Source: an uncultured Methanomassiliicoccales archaeon (GTDB lineage: Archaea > Thermoplasmatota > Thermoplasmata > Methanomassiliicoccales > JAAEEP01). Taken from it: a stretch of DNA of 44,013 nt. Both the position numbers and the translations under genes were made by a program. Each line of letters begins with the position of its first letter. Within the stretch, counting starts at the first letter, position 1. The notes under the pieces were generated by a model that made no database searches, was not told the origin of the DNA, and worked only from the letters and a program-made list of their open reading frames with translations. Location of the stretch: contig CAZQLP010000003.1 of NCBI GenBank assembly GCA_964594225.1, positions 1-44,013 on the forward strand, read 5' to 3'. Below, one piece after another: positions 33,861 to 42,676 of the stretch.

Positions 33861-34877
33861 TCAGTTGCCTATTCCCAGGGCCCTGTCCGTTTTCCTTATG
33901 GAACGGATGGGATCCTCCTCAACCTTCATCATCGACCTTATGCAATCGATGATCTCCGGCACCACATCGCTCTCCTGGTGGACGGCCTGGTAGTAGTATA
34001 GGGTCCTGTCCTCCATCTTGACCCCGTCCGACCACACGATGATCTCCATGAAGTCCCCTCGAGGACGGTTGAGGTCCCTGGCCAGCTCCATGATCTGGGC
34101 CGAGGACTTGATGCCGTGTCTCCCGCTGACGAACTTGATCCTGGGCACGTTGTCCCAGACGGAGAGCACCTCCGCCTCCGTGGCCTTCTTCTTGAGGTTT
34201 GCGGTGATGCAGTGAATGTGCATCATGGTGGTCGGTGCCTTGACCGCCATGGTGTGTATGTTCAACCAGGGCATGATGGTTTGGACGTCCGGTCCATGGT
34301 GGGTGGGCAGCCTCAGCGATGGTTCGACGGCGTTCAGGGGAGCGCCCCTTTGGTCCCCCGGGTCTGCGCCCCTCCTCACCAGCGCGGCGAACACCTTCTC
34401 GATCCCGAACACCCTGTCAATGGGATAGAGAGTCCTGATGAGGGCGGTGGTGTTGCAAGACACCACCCTCGAATACTGGGCACCCCATGACTCATGATAG
34501 TTGGCGAAGGAGTTGAAGGACACGCCGGTCAGGGAGTGGTCCTCCCCGCCCTGGAATATGGCCTTCACGCCCGCCTTATCGTAGAGATCCTTCCAACTCG
34601 CTCCCACACCTCCAGGAGTACAGTCCACGATGATGTCGGCCCCCTCCGTCAGATCCTCCAGCATGCCGGTGACGGTGATGTCCTCCTTCTCGAAGATCTC
34701 GATGTCCTCCCTGCGGGTGACATAGAGGGGAATTCCCTGCTTGACCGCCAACCTTGCCTCGTACGAGGGTCTGCGCTTGGTGACCCCCACGATCTCCATG
34801 TCATCCTGCTTGAGGATGGCGTAGGCAATCCTCTTGCCAATGGTCCCGTACCCGTTGATGCCTACCCTGACCTTCAT
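33861..34877 (-). CDS. gap: Type II (archaeal) glyceraldehyde-3-phosphate dehydrogenase
   Basis: VGINGYGTIGKR, VVSCNTTAL (archaeal SCNTT active site) and HGPDV. GGAGGT lies 7 nt upstream of the ATG. Confidence 0.9.
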   Translation of the reverse strand: MKVRVGINGYGTIGKRIAYAILKQDDMEIVGVTKRRPSYEARLAVKQGIPLYVTRREDIEIFEKEDITVTGMLEDLTEGADIIVDCTPGGVGASWKDLYDKAGVKAIFQGGEDHSLTGVSFNSFANYHESWGAQYSRVVSCNTTALIRTLYPIDRVFGIEKVFAALVRRGADPGDQRGAPLNAVEPSLRLPTHHGPDVQTIMPWLNIHTMAVKAPTTMMHIHCITANLKKKATEAEVLSVWDNVPRIKFVSGRHGIKSSAQIMELARDLNRPRGDFMEIIVWSDGVKMEDRTLYYYQAVHQESDVVPEIIDCIRSMMKVEEDPIRSIRKTDRALGIGN

Positions 34878-34985
34878 TCCGATACCTCCGAACGGGAAGG
34901 TGAAAGTGATTTGCCATTATTTCCCTTGCGATTCACCTTGCCCGAGATTGAGTATGTTATAGGGGTATTTCAGAACATCCCCTTC

Positions 34986-35975
34986 TCATTTGAGGTTCCA
35001 GTACTCTTTCTGGACCTGGTATGCCCCCTCCACATTGGGGCGACCGCAGCAATCCTCGTCCAAGTTCTGATAGAACTTCATTCTTGAGGGCACCCCCTGG
35101 AACATGGCCACCAGTCCGGCCATCACCTCTGCCGTGGCGTCCAGGTGATAACCCCCCTCCAGCACGAAGAGACAGCCCGCCTCCGTGGGCATGGACATCA
35201 ATCTTCGGCACAGCTCCAAGTAGCCGGGCGAGGAGAGGTTCAGGGAAGCAAGGGGGTCCATATAGTGAGCGTCGACCCCGATGTCCACGATAATCATCTG
35301 GGGACGGTACTGTTCCAGCACCGGTTTGATGAGTCGCTCGTACGCGAGAAGAAATGTTGTATCCCCCGCGCCCCCGTCAAGTGGAATGTTGATCGTGAAA
35401 CCCTCTCCAGCGCCCTCCCCCACCTCGTCGACCGATCCGGTGCCTGGGTATATGCCATACTGGTGGGTGGAGATGTACAGGAGGTCCTCGTCCCAGAATA
35501 TGCTCTGCGTTCCGTTCCCGTGATGGACATCGATATCCACTATCGCCGCCCTGATCCCAAGCTTCCTAATGGCGATAGCGACGTTGTTGAAGTAGCAGAA
35601 ACCCCCAAGGAAGTCCTTTCCGACGTGATGGCCTGGTGGCCGGACCAGGGCCAATGACTGCTTCCCGTCATCAATCGCCCACTTGGCGGCCTCAACGGTC
35701 CCTCCCGCCGCCAGGAGGGCGATCTCGAAGGTGTCGTCGTGGACATAGGTGTCCGGGTCCAGGAAGCACTCGACCGAATTCGACACGGAGTTGATGAGTT
35801 CCTCGGTGTGGACAAGCCTGAGATCCTCGACGGTGACCGGCTTGGGATACACCACCTCATTCCACACCCAGAGATCCATCATCTTGTCCACCGCCCGGAC
35901 CAACCGCATCGGGGAATCCGGGTGCCCCTCCCATTGCCTGTGGTCCAGGAATCGGGGGTGGAAGACGATGGTCAT
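34986..35975 (-). CDS. Histone deacetylase-family Zn-dependent deacetylase (AcuC / acetylpolyamine amidohydrolase-like)
   Basis: RPPGHH, DIDVHHGNGTQ and GGY. Start trimmed to the ATG at 35975 (MTIVFHPRFLDH). Confidence 0.8.
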   Translation of the reverse strand: MTIVFHPRFLDHRQWEGHPDSPMRLVRAVDKMMDLWVWNEVVYPKPVTVEDLRLVHTEELINSVSNSVECFLDPDTYVHDDTFEIALLAAGGTVEAAKWAIDDGKQSLALVRPPGHHVGKDFLGGFCYFNNVAIAIRKLGIRAAIVDIDVHHGNGTQSIFWDEDLLYISTHQYGIYPGTGSVDEVGEGAGEGFTINIPLDGGAGDTTFLLAYERLIKPVLEQYRPQMIIVDIGVDAHYMDPLASLNLSSPGYLELCRRLMSMPTEAGCLFVLEGGYHLDATAEVMAGLVAMFQGVPSRMKFYQNLDEDCCGRPNVEGAYQVQKEYWNLK

Positions 35976-36077
35976 GCATTGAAGAAAGCATGAGGTTGAC
36001 AAAAAGGTTTCCATGGAACCGGACCTTCTGGATTCCGCTGAAAGAGGCAGACGCGCATCCAGAAGAAGGAGAGATAG

Positions 36078-36092
36078 GTAAACTTAATATAT
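36078..36092. promoter_or_regulatory. BRE/TATA-like element in the HDAC-ilvB divergent intergenic region
   Basis: GTAAAC-TTAATATAT. Its orientation is ambiguous because the AT core is near-palindromic. Confidence 0.3.
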
Positions 36093-36246
36093 GATGGGCC
36101 AGATTCGAATGTTCGTGTCTAGAGAATCCATTCTGAGGAAAACTATCATGTTCGGTACCATTTGCAGAGTGGGTATCATTATTAGATAGAGGGCATTCCT
36201 TTTCTGGATGTCCTCAAGGATTTGTTGATTAATGGAGTGATACCCT

Positions 36247-37926
36247 ATGAGAGGCAGTAAGGCGCTTCTAGAGCTTCTGGAACAACAGGGCATCGAGGTC
36301 ATGTTCGGGATACCGGGGGGCACCACCATGCCCATCTACGACGATCTCCTGGATTCGAACATACGCCACGTGCTGGTCCGCCACGAGCAGTGCGCGGCTC
36401 ACATGGCCGACGGTTACGCCAGGGCCACGGGCAGGGTCGGGGTGTGCTGTTCGACATCCGGACCCGGGGCCACGAACATGATAACTGGTGTCGCAACGGC
36501 ATTCGTGGATTCATCGCCCATCTTGGCCATCACCGGCCAGGTTATCACACCTGCCATCGGGAAACAGTCGTTCCAGGAGGGGGACTCCTTCAGCCTCATG
36601 ATGCCGGTCACCAAGCACAGCTACAGGATACTTGACCCGAAGGAGCTGCCAGAGGCGGTGATAAGGGGAATAGCGATCGCCACCACCGGTCGCTATGGAC
36701 CGGTGCACATCGATCTCCCAATGGACGCCATGAGCGGGGAGATCCCGGACGAGATGATGAGCTACAAGTACCCGGTGGATCCACACCCCGAGGACCTTTC
36801 CGATCTTTCCCGAGCCATCAAGGTTCTCAGGTCCGCCGAACGCCCCCTGATCATGGTGGGCGGCGGGTGCGTTTGGGCCGGTGCGCACCAGGAGATCATC
36901 AAGCTTGCGGAGACGCTGATGGCCCCGATCACCACCACCCTCATGGGAAAGAGCGTGGTGCCGGAGACCCACCCGCTCGCCCTTGGGCTGATAGGAATGC
37001 ACGGCCGTGAGTGCCCCCGGAGGGCCTACATGGAATGCGACGTGCTCCTTGCCGTGGGTACCAGATTCTCCGACCGGAGCACGGGCAAGAACGACCTCTC
37101 CGAGGACACGAAGATCGTCCATGTCGACATAGATCCGAGCGAGGCTGGTAAGAACCCCCAGACCGAGGTCAGGTTGGTGGGGGACGCGAAGAAGGCCCTC
37201 AACGCCATAATCCAGGGCCTTGGCGCCCCGAGGGGAGCCACCCCCTGGTCCAAGAGGATAGGCGAGATGAGGGAGTTCTGCGACTGCAACATCGACCTGA
37301 GGGAATCCCCGATCAAGCCCCAGAAGGTCATACACGAGCTGAACGAGCTCATCCCGGAGAAGGCGATGGTCACCACCGAGGTGGGACAGAACCAGATGTG
37401 GGCCGCCCACCTGTTCAAGGTCAAGAGCCCCAGGCAGTTCATATCCTCCGGTGGATTTGGCACCATGGGGTTCGGCTTCCCAGCCGCTCTTGGAGTGAAG
37501 GTGGCATGCCCCGACCAACCGGTCGTGGACATCGCAGGTGACGGAAGCATCCAGATGGTCATCCAAGAGTTCGCAACCGCGGTCTCGGAAGACCTTCCGG
37601 TCATGGTGGTAATAATGAACAACGGATGGCTGGGCATGGTCAAGCAGTGGCAGAAGCTGTTCAAGGATAAGCGCTACTCCGGCACCCAGCTTCGTGACAA
37701 TCCAGACTTCGTCAAGCTGGCCGAAGGCTACGGGGCCGAGGGCGTGAGGGTCGAGCGGCCCTCAGAGCTCAGGGAGGCGTTGCAGAGGGGACTTAAGTCG
37801 GATGTGCCGTTCCTGGTGGATGTGATAATCGATCCGGAGGAGGACGTGTTACCCATGGTTCCTCCCGGGAAGGGTGGTGAACATGTGATAAAGGGGAGAT
37901 GCAAATGGAAATCGTCCAAGTGGTAG
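36247..37926 (+). CDS. ilvB: Acetolactate synthase (acetohydroxyacid synthase) large subunit
   Basis: FGIPGG, HEQCAAHMADGYAR, STSGPGATN and GDGSIQM...NNGWLGMV (ThDP motif). Context is ilvN and ilvC. Confidence 0.9.
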   Translation: MRGSKALLELLEQQGIEVMFGIPGGTTMPIYDDLLDSNIRHVLVRHEQCAAHMADGYARATGRVGVCCSTSGPGATNMITGVATAFVDSSPILAITGQVITPAIGKQSFQEGDSFSLMMPVTKHSYRILDPKELPEAVIRGIAIATTGRYGPVHIDLPMDAMSGEIPDEMMSYKYPVDPHPEDLSDLSRAIKVLRSAERPLIMVGGGCVWAGAHQEIIKLAETLMAPITTTLMGKSVVPETHPLALGLIGMHGRECPRRAYMECDVLLAVGTRFSDRSTGKNDLSEDTKIVHVDIDPSEAGKNPQTEVRLVGDAKKALNAIIQGLGAPRGATPWSKRIGEMREFCDCNIDLRESPIKPQKVIHELNELIPEKAMVTTEVGQNQMWAAHLFKVKSPRQFISSGGFGTMGFGFPAALGVKVACPDQPVVDIAGDGSIQMVIQEFATAVSEDLPVMVVIMNNGWLGMVKQWQKLFKDKRYSGTQLRDNPDFVKLAEGYGAEGVRVERPSELREALQRGLKSDVPFLVDVIIDPEEDVLPMVPPGKGGEHVIKGRCKWKSSKW

Positions 37927-38219
37927 GTAGGGATTCGCAGGGACTGTGCCAGAGGGTACTCATCGAGCTGGTACGGCGAAAGATCACGTTGGAAACGGCG
38001 GTCATGGGCAAGAAGGAGGGGAAGATGGTCATGATCCTGGGAATCACCAACCTCCCGGACAAGGGGAAGACCCTCTACGCCTTGAAGGCCATCCCGGACG
38101 TCATCTCCGCTGAATGGCTGAATGACCGCGTAAGGTGCAGCTGGGAAGGCGTGCCCCAGAACGGGCACAGCTTCGATATCGAGAGGAGCACGATGGAAAA
38201 GGGAGACATGTCCTTTTAA
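37905..38219 (+). CDS. ilvN: Short ACT-domain protein, probably an acetolactate synthase small (regulatory) subunit
   Basis: MEIVQVVGRDSQGLCQRVLIELVRRKITLETAVMG...MVMILGI...LYALKAIPDVISAE follows the beta-alpha-beta-beta-alpha-beta ACT pattern of IlvN. It is only about 104 aa and overlaps the ilvB 3' end by 22-28 nt. Confidence 0.55.
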   Translation: MEIVQVVGRDSQGLCQRVLIELVRRKITLETAVMGKKEGKMVMILGITNLPDKGKTLYALKAIPDVISAEWLNDRVRCSWEGVPQNGHSFDIERSTMEKGDMSF

Positions 38220-38297
38220 CGGGACCATGCAGCCCGAATAATCTTTATACGCTCTCATCCTTAGTGGCGATACCGATTCGGATTCATAGGTGAGAGT

Positions 38298-39296
38298 ATG
38301 GCTAAAGTATATCATGACGCCGATGCGGACCTCTCGGTCCTGGACGGCAAGAAGATCGCTGTGATAGGTTACGGCAGCCAGGGCAGGGCCCAGTCCCTTT
38401 GCCTCAGGGACAGCGGCTGCGATGTTGTGGTTGGAGTCAGAAAGGACGGTGCCTCGTGGAAGAGGACCCAGGAGGACGGCATCGCCGTGGCAGAGATCCC
38501 GGAGGCCGTCAAGGGTGCCGACATCGTCATGATCCTCCTTCCAGACGAGGTGCAGGGCGGCATCTACAGGGAGCAGATAGCACCCTACCTCAAGGCCGGG
38601 TGCGCGCTGGACTTTGCTCACGGATTCTCCATCGTGTACAAGCAGATCGTACCCCCAGAAGGAGTGGACGTCATCATGATGGCCCCCAAGTCACCTGGCA
38701 AGAAGGAGAGGGAGGTATTCCTGCAGGGATTCGGGGTTCCCGCCACCATCGCGGTTGAGAAGGACTACTCCGGGAAGGCAAAGGGTATGGCGCTCGCGAT
38801 CGCCATGGGCGTCGGTTGTACGAAGGCTGGTGTGCTGGAGACGACGTTCCACGAGGAGGTTACATCCGATCTGTTCGGGGAACAGGCGGTGCTCTGCGGC
38901 GGGGTCACGGGCCTCATCGTGGCGGGATTCGAGACCCTTGTCGAGAACGGGTATCAGCCGGAGATCGCTTACTTTGAGGTGCTCCACGAGCTGAAGCTCA
39001 TAGTCGATCTGATCCAGGCCGGAGGGCTGATGGGCATGTGGAAGGACGTTTCGAACACCGCCGAGTTCGGCGGACTCTCGCAGAGGGACATGATCATCAC
39101 CAAGGATACCAAGAAGCACATGCAGGAGATGCTGGACAACATCCTGTCAGGGAAATTCTCGGAGGAATGGATAGCCGACTGGAAGACCGGCATAAGTCGC
39201 ATGAAGGACCTGGAGAAGGTGGAATCAGAGCGTCAGATTGAGGTGGTCGGTCGCGAACTGCGCACGCTATTCGAGATCGGTGACAAGAGGGAGTGA
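38298..39296 (+). CDS. ilvC: Ketol-acid reductoisomerase (class I)
   Basis: IAVIGYGSQGRAQSLCLRDSG, HGFSIVY, EEVTSDLFGEQAVLCGG and FEVLHELKLIVDL. Confidence 0.9.
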   Translation: MAKVYHDADADLSVLDGKKIAVIGYGSQGRAQSLCLRDSGCDVVVGVRKDGASWKRTQEDGIAVAEIPEAVKGADIVMILLPDEVQGGIYREQIAPYLKAGCALDFAHGFSIVYKQIVPPEGVDVIMMAPKSPGKKEREVFLQGFGVPATIAVEKDYSGKAKGMALAIAMGVGCTKAGVLETTFHEEVTSDLFGEQAVLCGGVTGLIVAGFETLVENGYQPEIAYFEVLHELKLIVDLIQAGGLMGMWKDVSNTAEFGGLSQRDMIITKDTKKHMQEMLDNILSGKFSEEWIADWKTGISRMKDLEKVESERQIEVVGRELRTLFEIGDKRE

Positions 39297-39402
39297 TTCC
39301 GAGGGTCCGGAACCCTTACCGAAAAACCCTTCTTCCATGATTTCCCATTGTTCATCCGATACCTTGGATGCGATAACCCTTGGGAGAGATTGCGTGAAGC
39401 GA

Positions 39403-39780
39403 ATGATCATGAGGACCCCCAATCAGGTGTTCGAGATCGAGCTGAACGACTCCGACACAGCGAAGGCCATCTGGCTTGCCCTTCCCCTGGAGGCCTATGT
39501 GAACGTGTGGGGGGAGGAGATATACTTCGAGATCCCCGTGGACATGGGTATCGAGAATGGGAAGACCATAATGGAGGTGGGAGAAGCTGCCTACTGGCCC
39601 AGCGGCAAGGCGTTCTGCCTGTTCTTCGGTCCCACCCCCGCGAGCGTGGGTGGGGTGCCGACCGCCATCAGCGACGTGTCACCGGTGGGAATGGTCATCG
39701 GGGACACGAGGGAACTGACCAAGGTGGGAGATCGGACCAGGGTAGTGCTAGATAGGATCATACAGGAAGAGCGAACCTAA
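39403..39780 (+). CDS. Cyclophilin-like-fold protein of unknown function (TM1367-like)
   Basis: FEIELNDSDTAKAIWLALPLEAYVNVWGEEIYFEIP...GEAAYWPSGKAFCLFFGPTP. Start trimmed from 39238 to the ATG at 39403; the longer form overlaps the ilvC end. Confidence 0.55.
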   Translation: MIMRTPNQVFEIELNDSDTAKAIWLALPLEAYVNVWGEEIYFEIPVDMGIENGKTIMEVGEAAYWPSGKAFCLFFGPTPASVGGVPTAISDVSPVGMVIGDTRELTKVGDRTRVVLDRIIQEERT

Positions 39781-39936
39781 TGAGAACGATGACCGCCTGC
39801 CATCCGTTTTCCCCTGAATCTTGAATCCTTCTCTTCCCTCCACCCGCCTCATCCGATCGCGAGAATCGGGAAGACCCGCCTTCGAATCATTCGGTTCGAG
39901 CTGAGGACGCAAATGAGCCGAACATCCTCGTGAACG

Positions 39937-41307
39937 TCAAGGATTGCCGACCAGCTCCATTCCGTCGAAGCCCATGGTTGGCAGTATCCATGATCCCCTG
40001 ACCCTCTGGTCATCTGCCATCCCGACCACCCTGCTCAGGGATTCGAACATGTTCCCGGTAAGGAGGGCGTGTTTCACGGTCCGACTCACCTCTCCCCCCT
40101 CCAGGATGTGCGCGCACCTCACCTCCAGACCGATACTGCCGGTGATGGGGTTGACCTGAGGCCAGGCGAAACGTTCGATCAGCACCGCCTCATCGAAGGA
40201 AGCGAGCAGCTCCTCGGTCGACCACGATCCAGCGCTCACGACCATGTTCATGGGCGACACCGACACCTGGTTCTGATAGATGTTCTGGGAGTTGATGGGA
40301 TCTCGTCTCATGCCGTTCCCAGTGGTGTCAACTCCCGCCATTGATCCGTTGTACGTGTCATAAAGGAAGGAACGGAGCGTTCCCCTCTCGATGATCGGTT
40401 TCCTTCTGGTGGGGACGCCCTCGTCATCGTGTGTTGCGGAGAGGATTCCCCTTGGATCGGACGGATCGTCGATGATGGTCAGCTCGGGAGAGGTCACCTG
40501 TTCCCCCAGCTTGGTAGCCCAGGCGCTCCTCATCCTGTTGACGTTCTCGGAGTCGACGGAGAAGCCGATGGAGCTGGCGAACATCTCTGCCAGCTGTCCC
40601 GGCCCTATGAACACCGGGACGTCGGTCCTTCCCCTGTAAGCCACCGCATCAGCGGAGTTCCTGGCCCCCCTGGCCAGCGCCTTGCCGATACCTGCGGCGT
40701 CCATGTCCAGCCTGGTGGAGTGGAAGCGCTCTTCCCCCTCTCCCGCCTTGCCGGAGGAGGTCATGGATGTGAAGTGCAGATAGACCATGGTGTTTCGGTG
40801 GGCCGCGGACATGCCGTTGGAGTTGCCGACCTCGGTCTCGATGTTCGCTGTCCTTATCATACCCCTGGGTACCTTCACGTCACCGTCAGCGACGCAGGCT
40901 TCTACCACCTCCATGCCCTTCGATGAGAGAGTCTCTGGATCGAGTTGCGCCACCACCTTATCCCAGACCCCTGGAGCAGGGATCGTGGACGCCCCACCGA
41001 TGGTAAATCCCATGAAGTTGGGATCGGGAGCGGAGGCCCTGGTCACCTTGATCGCGGAAGAAACACAGGTATCAACGTGATCCATCAATCCGATGGTGGA
41101 TGAGGCCTCTCCCAGCCTGGATCCTTCGACCGCCCTCACCGCCAGTCCGTGATCGACCTTCTCCTCCAGGTTCTTCACCTTGGAGTCCTCTACGTAAAGG
41201 GACAGGGTCCTGCTCCTGACGGTGAACGCCTCGGCCTGCTCGGCCCCCTCCGACAGCGCCCCTGATAGGGCCCTGTCCACAATCTCGGAAAGATTCATCT
41301 CAGCCAC
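39937..41307 (-). CDS. pmbA: PmbA/TldE-family metallopeptidase subunit (no HExxxH motif)
   Basis: TldD/PmbA-fold sequence lacking the zinc motif. It overlaps the tldD 3' end by 8 nt. Confidence 0.8.
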   Translation of the reverse strand: MAEMNLSEIVDRALSGALSEGAEQAEAFTVRSRTLSLYVEDSKVKNLEEKVDHGLAVRAVEGSRLGEASSTIGLMDHVDTCVSSAIKVTRASAPDPNFMGFTIGGASTIPAPGVWDKVVAQLDPETLSSKGMEVVEACVADGDVKVPRGMIRTANIETEVGNSNGMSAAHRNTMVYLHFTSMTSSGKAGEGEERFHSTRLDMDAAGIGKALARGARNSADAVAYRGRTDVPVFIGPGQLAEMFASSIGFSVDSENVNRMRSAWATKLGEQVTSPELTIIDDPSDPRGILSATHDDEGVPTRRKPIIERGTLRSFLYDTYNGSMAGVDTTGNGMRRDPINSQNIYQNQVSVSPMNMVVSAGSWSTEELLASFDEAVLIERFAWPQVNPITGSIGLEVRCAHILEGGEVSRTVKHALLTGNMFESLSRVVGMADDQRVRGSWILPTMGFDGMELVGNP

Positions 41308-42676
41308 CCCCCACCATCATCCGGGAACGGCAGTACGCCCCGCCCGTGGAAACGGGGACCCAATCCTCGATGCACTTGCCGCAGTTGCCGCCATCGAGCT
41401 TGAGATCCTTGCCCACCGCGTCGGTGGTCTTCAGGATCTCCAGCGCGTTCCCGGTGACGGCGAACGCCCTTACCATGTCCGTTATCTCCCCATTCTCTAT
41501 CAGATAGCCTCTCAGGGCCTGGGCCTCGAAGCCCCCGCCGACGGGATCCTCCATGCCGGAGAGGGCCTTGTCGGTGATCAGACCGTGATCGATGTCCTCC
41601 ACCATCTCCTCCAGTGTCCATTCGCCCGGCTCGAAGTAGGTGCTGGTCATCCTCACCCACACCCTCCTTGAGTAGTCTTCGGCCCTTCCGTTCCCCGTAG
41701 GCTCGACATCCATCACGGCCGCGGTCTCCAGGGACTGCATGTACCCCATGTAGATCCCGTTCTCGATGAGCACCGACGATTGACCCGGGATGCCCTCGTC
41801 GTCGTAGGGGATGCTACCGTTCGCCCCCTCAACGGTCCCGCTGTCCACCATGGTGATCAGGTCGGAGCCGACCCTCTTTCCCACCATGTCCGTGAGGAAC
41901 GACCGTCTCTTGACCACCTCGTCCGCCTCCGCGGCGTGACCGATCACCTCGTGAGCCAGGGTGCCTGTGATGGCGGGATCGGTGATGCAGGTCATGAGAC
42001 CGGATGGGGGCTTCTTCGCGGACAGCATTGCTATCGCCTCCCTTCCGGTCTTCTCGCCCATCTCGTTGAGGTCCAGCCCGTTGACCAGCTCGTAACCCTT
42101 GGTTCCGTCGCGGGCTTCGTAGTAGAACTCAGTGCGGTCTCCCTCGTTGGCGACCGCCATGGCGACGACCCTGGTTCGAACCTCCTCCCATTCAAGGTCG
42201 GCACCCATGGAGTTGACGAGCGTGGTCACCTTGACCCCCTCGCTGTACTCCGTGTTGGAGTTGACGATCCTGTCATCCACCCTCTGCGCACCGTCCAGGT
42301 CCATCAGGTCGGAAAGCTTCTCCTCGAGCGGGACGCCGATCGGATGGCTCTTGACCCTCGCCCGGAAGATCCCGGTGTCGAAGCTGCGGTCGGGGAGCGG
42401 ATCTCCCTCAGCCGTCCCCCTCCTGGCATTCCTTGGAGCCTCCAGGCAGGCCGACAGGAGGGCCTCCTTGTCCAGGGAGACCGTCGATGAATAGCCCCAT
42501 GAACCCCCCACCCTGGCCCGGAAGCACACGCCGTTCATGGAATCGTCCTTGATGGACCTTACCCCCCCATCGACCACCTTGATGGACAGATTGTCTAGTT
42601 GTTGGTACCTAGCATCGCAGAAATCCACCCCCTCGGACATCATCCTGCCTATCGCATCCTGAAGCATGTCCCTCAT
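41300..42676 (-). CDS. tldD: TldD-family zinc metallopeptidase
   Basis: LAHEVIGHAAEAD (HExxxH) and a C-terminal GNCGK/GG-rich region. It starts immediately after the M24 stop. Confidence 0.85.
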   Translation of the reverse strand: MRDMLQDAIGRMMSEGVDFCDARYQQLDNLSIKVVDGGVRSIKDDSMNGVCFRARVGGSWGYSSTVSLDKEALLSACLEAPRNARRGTAEGDPLPDRSFDTGIFRARVKSHPIGVPLEEKLSDLMDLDGAQRVDDRIVNSNTEYSEGVKVTTLVNSMGADLEWEEVRTRVVAMAVANEGDRTEFYYEARDGTKGYELVNGLDLNEMGEKTGREAIAMLSAKKPPSGLMTCITDPAITGTLAHEVIGHAAEADEVVKRRSFLTDMVGKRVGSDLITMVDSGTVEGANGSIPYDDEGIPGQSSVLIENGIYMGYMQSLETAAVMDVEPTGNGRAEDYSRRVWVRMTSTYFEPGEWTLEEMVEDIDHGLITDKALSGMEDPVGGGFEAQALRGYLIENGEITDMVRAFAVTGNALEILKTTDAVGKDLKLDGGNCGKCIEDWVPVSTGGAYCRSRMMVGGG

